NCBI RefSeq assembly: GCF_006345805.1
Contig: NC_043003.1
Span: forward strand, 28,458,001 to 28,522,000
Source of the DNA: Octopus sinensis
Lineage: Eukaryota
Length of the DNA: 64,000 bases
Direction: 5' to 3'
The position numbers and the translations under genes were made by a program. Positions 53,006 through 63,979 of this stretch are shown one piece after another (the stretch's first letter is position 1; each line of letters begins with the position of its first letter). The notes below the pieces were generated by a model, which searched no databases, was not told the DNA's origin, and worked only from the letters and a program-made list of their open reading frames with translations.

Positions 53006-53077
53006 TAGCAGAGCGTAGTTTCGATCTACGGACCTCTGGGTTATGGGCCCAGCACGCTTCCACTGCGCCACTCTGCT
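53006..53077 (-). tRNA. tRNA-iMet-CAT: Initiator tRNA-Met (CAU), cluster 2 copy A2
   Basis: Fully paired iMet cloverleaf on the minus strand. Confidence 0.97.
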
Positions 53078-53213
53078 TCGCATGCCGTATTTGTATATAA
53101 CCAATTACTGATTGTTAGTAAGCGAATGGATAAAGAGAAAATGAATGTAATCTTTGCTTGTGCCAGACACATTACTGTCACACTTGACCTAACTGTGCAC
53201 ACACACACACACA

Positions 53214-53467
53214 CATCATCATCATCATCATGGTTCGACCGTGGTCGAGACAATGGAATTTACCATGCTACGCCAGACTTCACGGTCCATCATGGCATTA
53301 CGGAGGTCCTGTTGCTGGATGCCTGTATCCCTGGAGATTACATCAGGGTAGGAGTGTGTGCGCCCTCTGGTATTGCGAGTAGATGGCTTCCAGAGGAGAA
53401 GAGTAGAAATTACCTCTTTTTCAGCTCTACAACAATGTCCAGCAAACTGGACTCTCTTACCTTTCAC
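53214..53467 (-). mobile_element. 5'-truncated RTE-like LINE 3' end with (GAT)n tail, inserted in (CA)n upstream of tRNA A2
   Basis: RVQFAGHCCRAEKEVISTLLLWKP...RGR...YPDVISRDTG...LRNAMMDREVWR, then (TGA)n. Absent at the equivalent position of block B (56185-56251). Confidence 0.8.
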
Positions 53468-53525
53468 AAGAGATGTATGTATGTATGTATGTATGTATGT
53501 ATGTATGTATCTATCTATCTATCTA

Positions 53526-53565
<40 letters not shown>

Positions 53566-54180
53566 AATATATATTTATGTGTGTCTTTGCGTCTGCGTTT
53601 GTCCCCATTACTGCTTGACAACTGGTATTGATGTGTTTTATATAGCAATGACAAATACCTCCAGAGGAATTTCGGTAGATGGTTACTGTGCAGAAGCTTA
53701 TCGTATATCTGCGTACGTGTGCGCGCGTATGTATGTATGTATGTATGTATGTATGTATGTATGTATGTATGTATGTATGTATGTATGTATGTATGTATGT
53801 ATGTATGTATTTATATGTATGTGTGTCTTGGTGTTTGTGCTTCTACCACCGTCGCTTGACAACAGGTGTTCGTTTGCGTAGGTCTCCGTAAATTAGCGGT
53901 TCAACAAAAGAGTACCGATAGAATAAGTTCCGGATTTAAAAAAAGAAATATCTACTACTATCGATTTGCTTGACCAAGCTTCTAAGACGGTGCCCCAGCA
54001 TGGTCGCAGTCTAATGATTGAAAGAAGTAAAAAGTAAAAGATAATGCGTGAAAATCGTATTTTCTTTTATCCAACATTTATATTTGTTCATCTGGTTTGT
54101 AATTAAACACTGGTAGCATTGTTAAACTATTTGCAAAATATCAAAAATAAACTTGTAAACAGTAAAACTAATATTATTGT

Positions 54181-54597
54181 AATAATAAATCTCTGAGCGA
54201 GGTATAAACAGTAGCTGCAATACATCGTGAAGTATATTTGCCACTTAAATGTGGCTAACCCCTAAGGGTGGATGCTACTGTAGCTTGTAGCCCCAGGAGG
54301 ACACCTCCTCCAGCTGGCTAATGACACACTTTCTGTGCCCTATCTGTATTTGCAAAGGGAAGCCATCCTTTCCGTCTTCAACCTATGATACGCTGATGAC
54401 GGGTCAATACCCAGGAACTCGAGTCCGTGTGTATCATGTCAGGTTGAAGACGAGAAGGATGGCTTCCCTTTGCAAATATAGATAGAGCACAGAAAGTGTG
54501 TCAATAGCCAGCTAGAGGAGGTGTCCTCCTGCGGCTATAAGCTACAGTAGCATCCACCCTTAGGGGTTAGCCACATTTAAGTGGCAAATATACTTCA
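54181..54597. mobile_element. Foldback element: ~160-bp inverted arms (54228-54387 / 54431-54597) around a hammerhead-like loop, plus an unpaired 5' extension
   Basis: Arms pair almost end to end (tgaagtatatttgccacttaaatgtggctaacccctaagggtgg... / ...ccacccttaggggttagccacatttaagtggcaaatatacttca). A second copy lies at 15146-15437. Confidence 0.9.
54388..54430 (+). ncRNA. Type I hammerhead motif in the foldback loop (canonical CUGAUGA, GUC site, A13G)
   Basis: ATACG-CTGATGA-C-GGGT caat ACCC-A-GGAA-CTCGAG-TC-CGTGT. 5-bp stem I, 4-bp stem II, palindromic ACTCGAGT stem III. Confidence 0.62.
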
Positions 54598-54793
54598 TAA
54601 TATTATTGTGCTTTTGAAGAAAGCAAAAGTTTTTTCCTAATCAAATGCTTAACCAGATCAATGTCTTAATAGTATTTTATAAATACAAAAAAATTTGAAA
54701 TGTTTTGCTGATTGAATAATGGACAACCGCAATGCATTGGCGCTATTTCGTTGAACAAAAATAAAAAAAAAAGAAGAAAATGACAACATCGCT

Positions 54794-54865
54794 TAGCAGA
54801 GCGTAGTTTCGATCTACGGACCTCTGGGTTATGGGCCCAGCACGCTTCCACTGCGCCACTCTGCT
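54794..54865 (-). tRNA. tRNA-iMet-CAT: Initiator tRNA-Met (CAU), cluster 2 copy B1
   Basis: Fully paired iMet cloverleaf on the minus strand; T-runs downstream. Confidence 0.97.
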
Positions 54866-55458
54866 TCACATATCTTTTTATTCGTATATAACCTATTATT
54901 GATTGCTAGTAAGGTTTTTATACGCGAATGGACAAAGAGAAAATGAATGCAATCTTTGTTTGTGCCTGACATATTACTGTCACAGTTGACCTAAACACAC
55001 AAGACGCCCACTACAGATGGAGAAGGTGTCAGGTAGTGGTGTTGAACTGTACGACGGATTAAGTTTATTTCTCAAGTAGAGGCCGTGATGGAATTTGAAG
55101 TGAGAACGCAAAGAGACAAAACAAAAAGCTTCAAGGCGTGGATCGTGAACCACCGGCCGCGGACCAGTACCGCACCATGGATCATTTGGTGTCGGGCTAC
55201 ACAGAAAGAATAATTTTATAAATATTGATTTCATATTTTGGCACAACGCCAGCAACTTCAGAGGAGGGGGTTAAGTTGATTAAATCGACTCTGGTGATCA
55301 ACTGGTATTCTTTTTATCGACCTCGAAAGGATGAAAGTAGGCCTTTGCGGAATTTGAACTCAGAACGTAAAGACGGACAAAATGCTGCTAAGCATTTTGC
55401 CCGGTGCGCCAACGATTCTGCAATAATTTATAAATGTTCAGTTGTATTATATATATAT

Positions 55459-55587
55459 GACGGGCTTCTTTCAGTTTCCGTCTACCAAATCCACTCACAA
55501 GGCTTTGGTTGGCCCGAGGCTATAGTAGAAGGCCGGAACCATGTGGTCGGTAAGCAAGCTACTTACCACACAGCCACTCCTGCGCCT
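55459..55587 (-). mobile_element. Internally deleted SINE family A copy present only in duplication block B
   Basis: Absent from the matching (TA)n site at ~52620-52640. Confidence 0.85.
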
Positions 55588-55988
55588 ATATATATATACA
55601 CATATAAATATATATATATATATATATATGCGTGTGTGCGTGTGTGTGTGTGTGTGTGTGTGCGTGCGTGTATATGCATACATACAAGAATATATATATA
55701 TATTATACATACATATATATCCATACACACACACACACATATATATATTTTACAATGTAATAAAAGAAGACATAAAGTGCACATTATTCAGTCTAATAAT
55801 TATATTTGCATTACATATGTAATGATTAAGGTGACGAGCTGGCCGGATCGTTAGTACACCGGAAAAATGCTTGGAAGCATTTCGTCCAACTTCACGTTCT
55901 GAGTTCAATGGCATAATGAGCAACCACAATGCATTGGTGCTATCTCATGAACAAATATATAAAAAAAGAGAAAATAGAGAACATCGCT

Positions 55989-56060
55989 TAGCAGAGCGTA
56001 GTTTCGATCTACGGACCTCTGGGTTATGGGCCCAGCACGCTTCCACTGCGCCACTCTGCT
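55989..56060 (-). tRNA. tRNA-iMet-CAT: Initiator tRNA-Met (CAU), cluster 2 copy B2
   Basis: Fully paired iMet cloverleaf on the minus strand; T7 downstream. Confidence 0.97.
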
Positions 56061-56182
56061 TCGCATATCGCTGCCTTCGTATATAACCAATTATTGATTG
56101 TTAGTAAGCGAATGGCTAAAGAGAAAATGAATGTAATCTTTGTTTGTGCCAGACACATTACTGTCACGCTTGACCTAACTGT

Positions 56183-56254
<72 letters not shown>

Positions 56255-56651
56255 ATTACCAGTTCCCTTATGAAACACATAAATGTCCCTCTATACAATT
56301 TTCCAACTTCTACTGAAACAGATCTCTACACTGACGTTAGTGAGAACATATCACTATTTATGATATTTCTGTCTTCAACAAAAGCTAACTTCCGTCATTT
56401 GTGTTGTATGAAACTGCATACAAAAACTTTGTGTCTGGGGAGAGTCATTTTCTTTTTGTGCCTTATAATGTAACACACTCACCGGTAAAATTTCCACTTA
56501 TTTCTTATTTTTATTTTCCTAAAATTTTCGTTGCGTCTTGCAAACTTTTCAATAGTCTTGACTCTGTCCGTTATTTACACTGCGTTCCTTTTTGCTTGTT
56601 TGTGCGCATGTGTGTGGGTCAGTGTGTGCGTGCTTGCCTATACATGCATGC

Positions 56652-56684
<33 letters not shown>

Positions 56685-56849
56685 TGTATGTATGTATGTA
56701 TGTATGTATGTATGTGTGTGTGTGTGCATCTGTATGTATGTATGTATCCTGCATATCCATGTGCTTGCACGTCCGTGTTTGTGTATTTTCTATGTATGTG
56801 TGTGTGTGTGAGCATGTGTTTATTTTACTGATCGAGAGAACCTCTACGT

Positions 56850-57082
56850 CAGTGGTTCTCAACCAATTTTTATCTATGAATCCTCTTTGATCCCTGTTGT
56901 ACTCTACTGGGCTTCCATAGACCCATTGCATTTTTATTATCAAATATTATTAGGAATTGCATAAAAAAAATTGAAATATTTTGTGTATTGTAGAAGAATA
57001 AGCAATTTATTGCACATAAATTTTAGCGATAAAGTCTTATGTGGACCATCACTGATCCTATGGACCCCGGCTGAGATCATTG
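56850..57082. mobile_element. hAT-type MITE (233 bp)
   Basis: TIRs CAGTGGTTCTCAACC / GGCTGAGATCATTG; degenerate 8-bp TSD CTCTACGT / CTCCACTT. Confidence 0.7.
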
Positions 57083-57305
57083 CTCCACTTGGTTGTTCGA
57101 CCTATTATGAATAGCAACCACACCACAACCTTGGGAAAGGAAAAAAATATGCTATGCATGGTGTTTGGAACAAATTTAACGACACTTTTGTGTCCGCCGT
57201 TATTATTATTGTTAATTTTTTTCTTCAGCAACAGCTTGATGTGTTGGTGAACCGTCAACAGCGTTGGAGAGCATAAAGATAAAAGTTGTACTGAAAATCT
57301 ACATA

Positions 57306-57470
57306 GGCGCAGGAGTGGCTGTGTGGTAAGTAGCTTGCTAACCAACCACATGGTTCCGGGTTCAGTCCCTATGCGTGGCATCTTGGGCAAGTGTCTTCTG
57401 CTATAGCCCCGGGCCGACCAATGCCTTATGAGTGGATTTGGTAGACGGAAACTGAAAGAAGCTTGTCATA

Positions 57471-57511
<41 letters not shown>

Positions 57512-57704
57512 GTATGTATACATTGCTTGACAACCGATGCTGGTGTGTTTACGTCCCCGTCACTTAGCGGTTCGGCAAAAGAGACCGATAGAATAAGTAC
57601 TGGGCTTACAAAGAATAAGTCCCGGGGTCGATTTGCTCGACTAAAGGCGGTGCTCCAGCATGGCCACAGTCAAATGACTGAAACATGTAAAATAGTAAAA
57701 GAGT
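57306..57704 (+). mobile_element. SINE family A, full length and near consensus
   Basis: ggcgcaggagtggctgtgtggtaagtagcttgc...taaaagagt; used as the reference copy. Confidence 0.95.
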
Positions 57705-57924
57705 ATGTTGGAATTCATCCAACAACTGATGAACAGGGCCTTAGGATCAATTTAGACGGTTATAAGAAGTAGCTGGAGATTGTGGTCAATTCCTGGCTGG
57801 AGACTGAACCCGAAATCACGCCATTACCATGCTTAATGGTGGAATGAATTGCCTACGTCAACTTTCGTACAAATATATATTTACATTTATCCAAAAATCA
57901 TTTTCCTGCATAGAATAATTCAAT

Positions 57925-58545
57925 TCTACTCTCGGTACAAGGCCCGAAATTTTGGGAGAAGGGGCCAGTCGATTAGATCGACCCCCAGTACGCAACTGGT
58001 ACTTAATTTATCGACCCCCACAAGGACGAAAGGCAAAGTCGACCTCGGCGGAATTTGAATTCAGAACGTAAGGACAGACGAAATACTGCTAAGCATTTCG
58101 CCCGGCGTGCTAACGTTTCTGCCAGCACGACGCTTTCCTGCATAGTATATTTGAACATATACCAGATACTTCTTGCAGTGTCTGGATCTCAAAATCAAGA
58201 TCTTAGCGATACTCCTATTACTCTTGGCTACTCTATAGAAACTTGTGCCATCTATAAGAACATATTATTGATTATCGTCAATTATATATAATGGTAATAT
58301 TATTGAAAGGCGGCGAGCTGGCAGAAACGTTAGCACGCCGGGCGAAATGCGTAGCGGTATTTCGTCTGCGTTACATTGTCAGTTCAAATTCCGCCGAGGT
58401 CGACTTTGCCTTTCATCCTTTCGGGGTCGATAAATTAAGTACCAGTTACGCACTGGGGTCGATGGAATCGACTTAATACGTATGTCTGTCCTTGTTTGTC
58501 CCCTCTGTGTTTAGCCCCTTGTGGGTAATAAAGAAATAGGTAATA
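57925..58545. mobile_element. Two SINE family B copies in head-to-head orientation (57925-58130 minus, 58309-58545 plus)
   Basis: Both match the family B consensus. Other family B copies or fragments lie near 60-250, 10080, 13400, 35960, 43190-44600, 52410, 55230, 59900 and 61836-62640. Confidence 0.9.
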
Positions 58546-58691
58546 TTATTGAATGTATACCTGATTTTTTTATGACATGAGACTGTGCACACCCACAATA
58601 TCCTGCAAAGTACATGGTGTTCAATCGTATTTGTATTAATACGAAAAGGGTGCCTGCCTCAAAATCTCATATAATATTTTATCTTCTATTT

Positions 58692-59190
58692 TTCACTTGT
58701 TACAACCCTTGAACTGCAGCCATGTTGGGTCACTTTGAAAGGCTTTAGTCGAACAAATGAATCCCAGGACTTTTCTTTGTAAGCCTAGTACATATTCTAT
58801 CTTTCTCTTTTACCGAACTGCTAAGTTACGGGGACGTAAACAAACCAGCATCGGTTGTCAAGCGATGGTGTGGTGGGGAGACAAACACAGACACAAACAC
58901 ACGAATACACACACACACTCTCTCTCTCTATACGACGGGCTTCTTTCAGTTTCTGTCTATCAAATCCACTCATAAGACATTAGTCGGCCCGAGGCTATAG
59001 AAAACACTTTCTGAAGGTGCCACGCAGTAGGACTGACCTCGGAACCACGTGCTTGGGAAGCAATGTTTTTTTTATTGCTTGAAGTACGGCACGCTTTCTC
59101 TCGGTCTCTTTCAACGAATCGCTATGTTATGGGGACGTAAACAAAGAAACACCGGTTACCAAGCTATGTTGGGTAACAAAAACAAACACG

Positions 59191-59221
<31 letters not shown>

Positions 59222-59375
59222 GAAGGGCTTCAGCGTAATTTCCGTCTGCTAAATTCACTTAAAAGTCATTGGTCGGCCCGGGATTCTATAGAAGACACTT
59301 GCCTAAGATGCCATGCAATGGGATTGAACCCAGAGCCACATGACTGCAAAGCAAGCCGCTTAACCACAAAGCCAA
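58692..59375 (-). mobile_element. Two tandem decayed SINE family A copies
   Basis: Consensus motifs repeat at ~58692-59060 and ~59095-59375. Confidence 0.8.
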
Positions 59376-59674
59376 GTCTGTCCTAAATTATTGATTTTCC
59401 CACCAAGTAAATAAGAAAATCTATAATATATTTCAACATTTAATCAGATATCGATAAAGAAATATATTAACTTAGATTCAATATGCTACACCGATGGACA
59501 AATATTAATTCATTTAGAAGGAAAAAATCATATTCATAGTCAGAATTAATTAAACCCACTACAAAATAATGGAATGGTAAACAAATACTAACATTTCTAA
59601 CGCAGAAATTAAAGATTACTGGTCTTTGACGGTTCTACTCTGTTACGTAAAACCGTCCTTGACCAAAGACGCCC

Positions 59675-59729
<55 letters not shown>

Positions 59730-60072
59730 CTTCGGGTCGAATTGTCCCGCCTAGTCTGTGACATTCAGTGTTCTTTAACATTCGGCGTCGTGTTGGCATT
59801 TTTCCCAGTACGCTATCCCGCAGCAAATTAGCGTATAAATAAAACATACACCATGTATATGCGACCGATAATGTTTGCATTATTGGAGTCACTTTTTAAG
59901 ACAGCGAGATGGCAGAACCGTTACTACGCTGAGTAAAATGCTTTGCCTATCTTTGCGTTGTGAGTTCCGTCGAGGTCGACTTTTCCTTTAATCATCGACC
60001 AACCCCCTCTCACAAAATTCGAGGCCTTTTAGAGTTACTTTTAATTTGAAATTTAATACACACACACACACA

Positions 60073-60128
<56 letters not shown>

Positions 60129-60136
<8 letters not shown>

Positions 60137-60709
60137 AAAAATAGGATAAAATCTTCATAAGAAATTATCAAGTAGTTAGCGTGAAAAACCTCATAAGAGA
60201 AAAAATCTGTAAATTTTTTCCACTTGAATATATTTATTTATATTATATAGAGGGCATTATTACACATAAATGCCGCACGCTAGGAGGGACTCTTAACGTC
60301 AAAACTACCAAAATAAACATATCGTACCGAATGCAAGTCTCGAAGCAAGTAATTTAAAAACAGAATTTAGCTGCAGATCACCAGTGATTTCATAATCAGT
60401 GCAGTGGTTTGCATCCTTTACTCATCGGTGCAAGCATGATTCAAGATTTATAATGAATGAACAAAATCAACATACCAGACGAACAACCATCGTATCCACC
60501 GTAGCATATAGAACTGTTCACCCCTTATACATCTATGTAAATGGCGGGCTTTTTCGAATTGCATTTCGGTAACAACATGCTTATTCGGAATAAAAATTCA
60601 GTATTGAATATACTCCGGTGAAATTTATAATTTAAAAATAGGATAAAATCTTCATAAGAAATTATCAAGTAGTTAGCGTGAAAAACCTCATAAGAGAAAA
60701 AATCTGTAA
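60129..60709. mobile_element. Element bounded by identical 84-bp direct repeats and (TA)n (pseudo-LTR-like)
   Basis: 60129-60212 equals 60626-60709; flanked by (TA)n on both sides. Confidence 0.7.
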
Positions 60710-60801
60710 TATATATATATATTTCAAAATGTGACCTCGTGTGTACCGTTGGCGATTTTTTTTCCTCTGTCTTCCCTTCTCTGGATCTTTCCTTCTCCTA
60801 T

Positions 60802-60836
60802 GTTTCCGACGAAGAGCTCCGCTCGAAACGTTAAAC
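60802..60836 (+). ncRNA. Minimal type I hammerhead motif (U4C core)
   Basis: GTTT-CCGACGA-A-GAGC tcc GCTC-GAAA-CGTT-AAAC. Perfect 4-bp stems I and II; ACGT palindrome. Lies in a ~200-bp (TA)n-flanked element. Confidence 0.68.
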
Positions 60837-60978
60837 CCCCCTTCTTCCCTTCTTTCCTGAGCGTCCAATAATACTATATTTGTTCCACGTCCTCGCGTTG
60901 TGTTTTTTTGTGTTTTCTTGTTTGGATTAACTATATATATATATATATATATGCATGTGTGTGTTAGATATCGAATTT

Positions 60979-61130
60979 TTTTTATTAAAGCTGCAAAATG
61001 ATCACAAAACTGTTACACACAGTTTTATGTTCCCGTTCGTCGGACAGTTATTTCATCACAACCGTCTGATGAACGGGAACGTGCAACTCTGAGTAAAAGT
61101 TCTGTGAGAATTTTGTAACTTTAATAAAAA
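60979..61130. repeat. Imperfect palindrome whose two arms each contain a degenerate hammerhead
   Basis: Plus arm CTGATGA ACG ggaa CGT GCAA CTCTGAG TA; minus arm AACTGT CCGACGA ACG ggaa CAT AAAA CTGTGTG TA ACAGTT. Confidence 0.7.
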
Positions 61131-63030
61131 GCATATTACTCTACTTTGGTATTCAAGTACTATTTAATCCACTTTGTTTCGCACCTATGTGTAATGGTAG
61201 CTTTCAACTTTTTCTGTCCAAAAGGGATTTTAAGGTGTATGTGACGGGCTTCGAGAACAACTATTCTCTCCCACCAAGGAAAAAAAAGAATTATTTCACA
61301 TTCTCTCGATAGTTTAACAAATTCTTATGGCGTCGACAACATATACACATATGTATGTGTACACATGTGTTTTTTAATATTTTGATTTTGAAATAAGACT
61401 GATTATATTACATATGTACAGAATTTATTACTTTGGTTATTTTAGTTCCAGATCCTAAGAAATAGGAAGAGATCATTACTAATGAAGAGATGTCAACAAC
61501 CGTCTCAGAAATGAATAAATATGTGTCTGAAATAAAGTGTGATGATTCTACTGGGAATAAATATATTATTGCAAATACAGCCTCCCATAAATTATCATCA
61601 TTTTAGATCACATTTATCTCTCTAGAAAAGCAGATATCATTGTTGTATACGGACTAAATGTGCAATTATCGTACAATAACATAGTAATTTGATAAATAGT
61701 TCAATCAATAATTCATAACCGCAGTGGTTTTATCTTACTTCAGTGTGAGATGCCGTCTGTGTGCTAATACCGTAATATCCCTGTTTCAGAGATCGAAAAT
61801 ATCTGTTGCTAATCTTAAATATTTGTAATATATTTCTTTATTGCCCACAGGGGGCTAAACATAGAGGAGACAAACAAGGACAGAAAAAGGGATTAAGTCG
61901 ATTACATCGACCCCAGTGCGTAACTGGTACTTATTTAATCGATCCCGAGAGGACGAAAGGCAAAGTCGACCTCTGTGGAATTTGAATTCAGAATGCAGCG
62001 GCAGACGAAATACCTATTTCTTTACTACCCACAAGTGGCTAAACACAGAGAGGACAAACAAGGACAGACAAACGGATTAATTCGATTATATCGACCCCAT
62101 TGCGTAACTGGTACTTAATTTATCGACCCCGAAAGGATGAAAGGCAAAGTCGACATCGGCGGAATTTGAACTCAGAACGTAAGGACGGATGAAATGCCGC
62201 TAAGCATTTCGCCCGTCGTGCTAACGATTCTGCCAGCTCACCGCCTTATGTAATACAGTTCAATGAAATATTTTCTTAAATACATTTTAATATATTCTTG
62301 TATGCTGGCAGAATCGTTAGCACACCGGTCAAAATACTTGGCGGCATTTTGTTAGTCTTTACGTTCTGAGTTCGAAGTCGACTTTACCTTTCATTTTTAC
62401 GGTATGTATAAAATAAGTACCAATTAAATACTAGAGTTGATGTAATCGACTTGCCCCCTCCTCCAAAATTGCTAACATTGTACCAAAATTTGAAATCAAT
62501 ATATTTTTGTATGTTAAGGCGGTGAGCTGTCTGAATCATTAGCATGCCGAGCAAAATGCTTAGCGGCGCTTCGTCCGTCATTACGTTCCGTATTCAAATT
62601 CCCATTCCTCAAAATTGGTGGCCTTGTACCAAAATTCGAAACTAATATATTCTCGTATGTTGCTGTTTTTGCTGTTTAGCTCCAGGTGGAACATATTCAA
62701 CTAGAGTTATACCCAAATCCGCTTCTACGAACAGCTTTGTTACCATCCAATCATATTAGACTCATATTATGACTGGATGGTTATATTAGACTCAGCGCGA
62801 TTAGGACTTAACTATCTAATGTAGTTGTTTATTTTAAGATGCTAAGATATAAAGAGAGGAAGATTTAACATCTACAAGTTGTGTAACATAATACTAACTC
62901 CTTTATCGTTACAGTAGAAGTCTTGAATTATTTATCAGTATGAAAACAAGAATTTATTTTCCAACAATCAATAAATTTTGGCGGGTGGGGGTGGAATCTT
63001 TCTTATGAAATGTTAAGAGAAAAAGAAAAC

Positions 63031-63067
63031 CGCTATCAGTAGTTTTGATCTACGTTCCACTGGTTTA
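63031..63067 (-). pseudogene. Decayed 3' half of a tRNA-iMet gene
   Basis: cgct-atcag---tagttttgatctacgttccactggttta aligns to cgcttagcagagcgtagtttcgatctacggacctctgggtta of the cluster 2 copies; preceded by a similar A/G-rich terminator flank. Confidence 0.55.
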
Positions 63068-63149
63068 ATTTAATGTTAAACATTCTTTATAGAAATGTTT
63101 TTTATATTAGTAGCGTATACAAATGTATTTGGAGAAAGATTCGTGTACA

Positions 63150-63410
63150 AAATTAAATCAATTCATTCATCTATCTCCTCTGACCATTATTCCTGGAAGG
63201 CTCGTGAGAATAGAATCCTCAGGCATCTCTTCACTTGAATCCTATCAGAAGCAACATTTATTACATTTTCCTGCTAGATTCCCAGGCGTGACCGACCTGA
63301 CACTATGGATATTATCCAGCCATCTTGTTCTTGGTCTACCCCGAAGACTCCTGCTGGCTGGCTTGTCATGAAGAATCTTGAATTCTTGAATTCTTGTCTT
63401 GAAATTCTTT
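63150..63410 (-). mobile_element. RTE/L2-like LINE 3' coding relic
   Basis: ILHDKPASRSLRGRPRTRWLDNI resembles the RGRP..RW.D motif at the end of LINE ORF2. Confidence 0.55.
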
Positions 63411-63421
63411 CCTGCGAAAGG

Positions 63422-63596
63422 CTCAGGTGTGGCTGTATGGTAAGAAGCTTGCTTCCCAACCACATGGTTCTGGGTTCAGTCCCACTGCATGGTACCTTGA
63501 GCAAGTGTCTTCTACTATAGCCCCGGGCTGACCAAAGCCTTGTGAGTGGATTTGGTAGACGGAAACTGAAAAAAGCCTGTCATATATATATATATA
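63422..63596 (+). mobile_element. SINE family A 5' half, ending at a (TA)n into which a Helitron inserted
   Basis: Head and body match the consensus to ...gaaaaaagcctgtcatatata. Confidence 0.88.
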
Positions 63597-63979
63597 CTAA
63601 CAGTATCGCCCGGCGTTGCTCGGGTTTGTTTTGACCCGCTGGAATTGGAATCTTTGAAAAGTAAAAATTTTGCATTATGTAGCTTGTTATTCTCTTCAAC
63701 ATTTTTCTGGTTGAAATACACCGAAAAGTGGCGACACAGCAGTGAAAAAATCGTGAAAATAGGGATTTTCATAGAAAAAAGTACCTTTTTGATGTAAATA
63801 AGTTTTGGTGTTAACATGGTCCGATTTGAATTTTATCTTCTACGGAAGGAATAGTAACCCTTCTTCTATCATACTCTCAATTTTGGTCAACTTGCGCAGC
63901 AGGGTCTCGGAGGAGATAGTGTTAGTTGAAGGCTACCAAACCTGCCGCACACAGACAACTTCAGCTTTATATATAGAGA
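63597..63979 (-). mobile_element. Complete 383-bp non-autonomous Helitron
   Basis: Minus strand A|TCTCTATATATAAAG... start; CCCGAGCAACGCCGGG subterminal hairpin; TTAG|T end. Inserted between A and T with no TSD. Confidence 0.82.

Larger units (their letters stand above)
51971..56185. repeat. Direct duplication: block A 51971-53205, block B 54794-56185, each with two minus-strand tRNA-iMet genes
   Basis: Near-identical sequence between tRNAs A1-A2 and B1-B2 (offsets 2823 and 2983 bp). An extra duplicated segment lies at ~51684-51910 and ~53563-53835. Confidence 0.93.
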
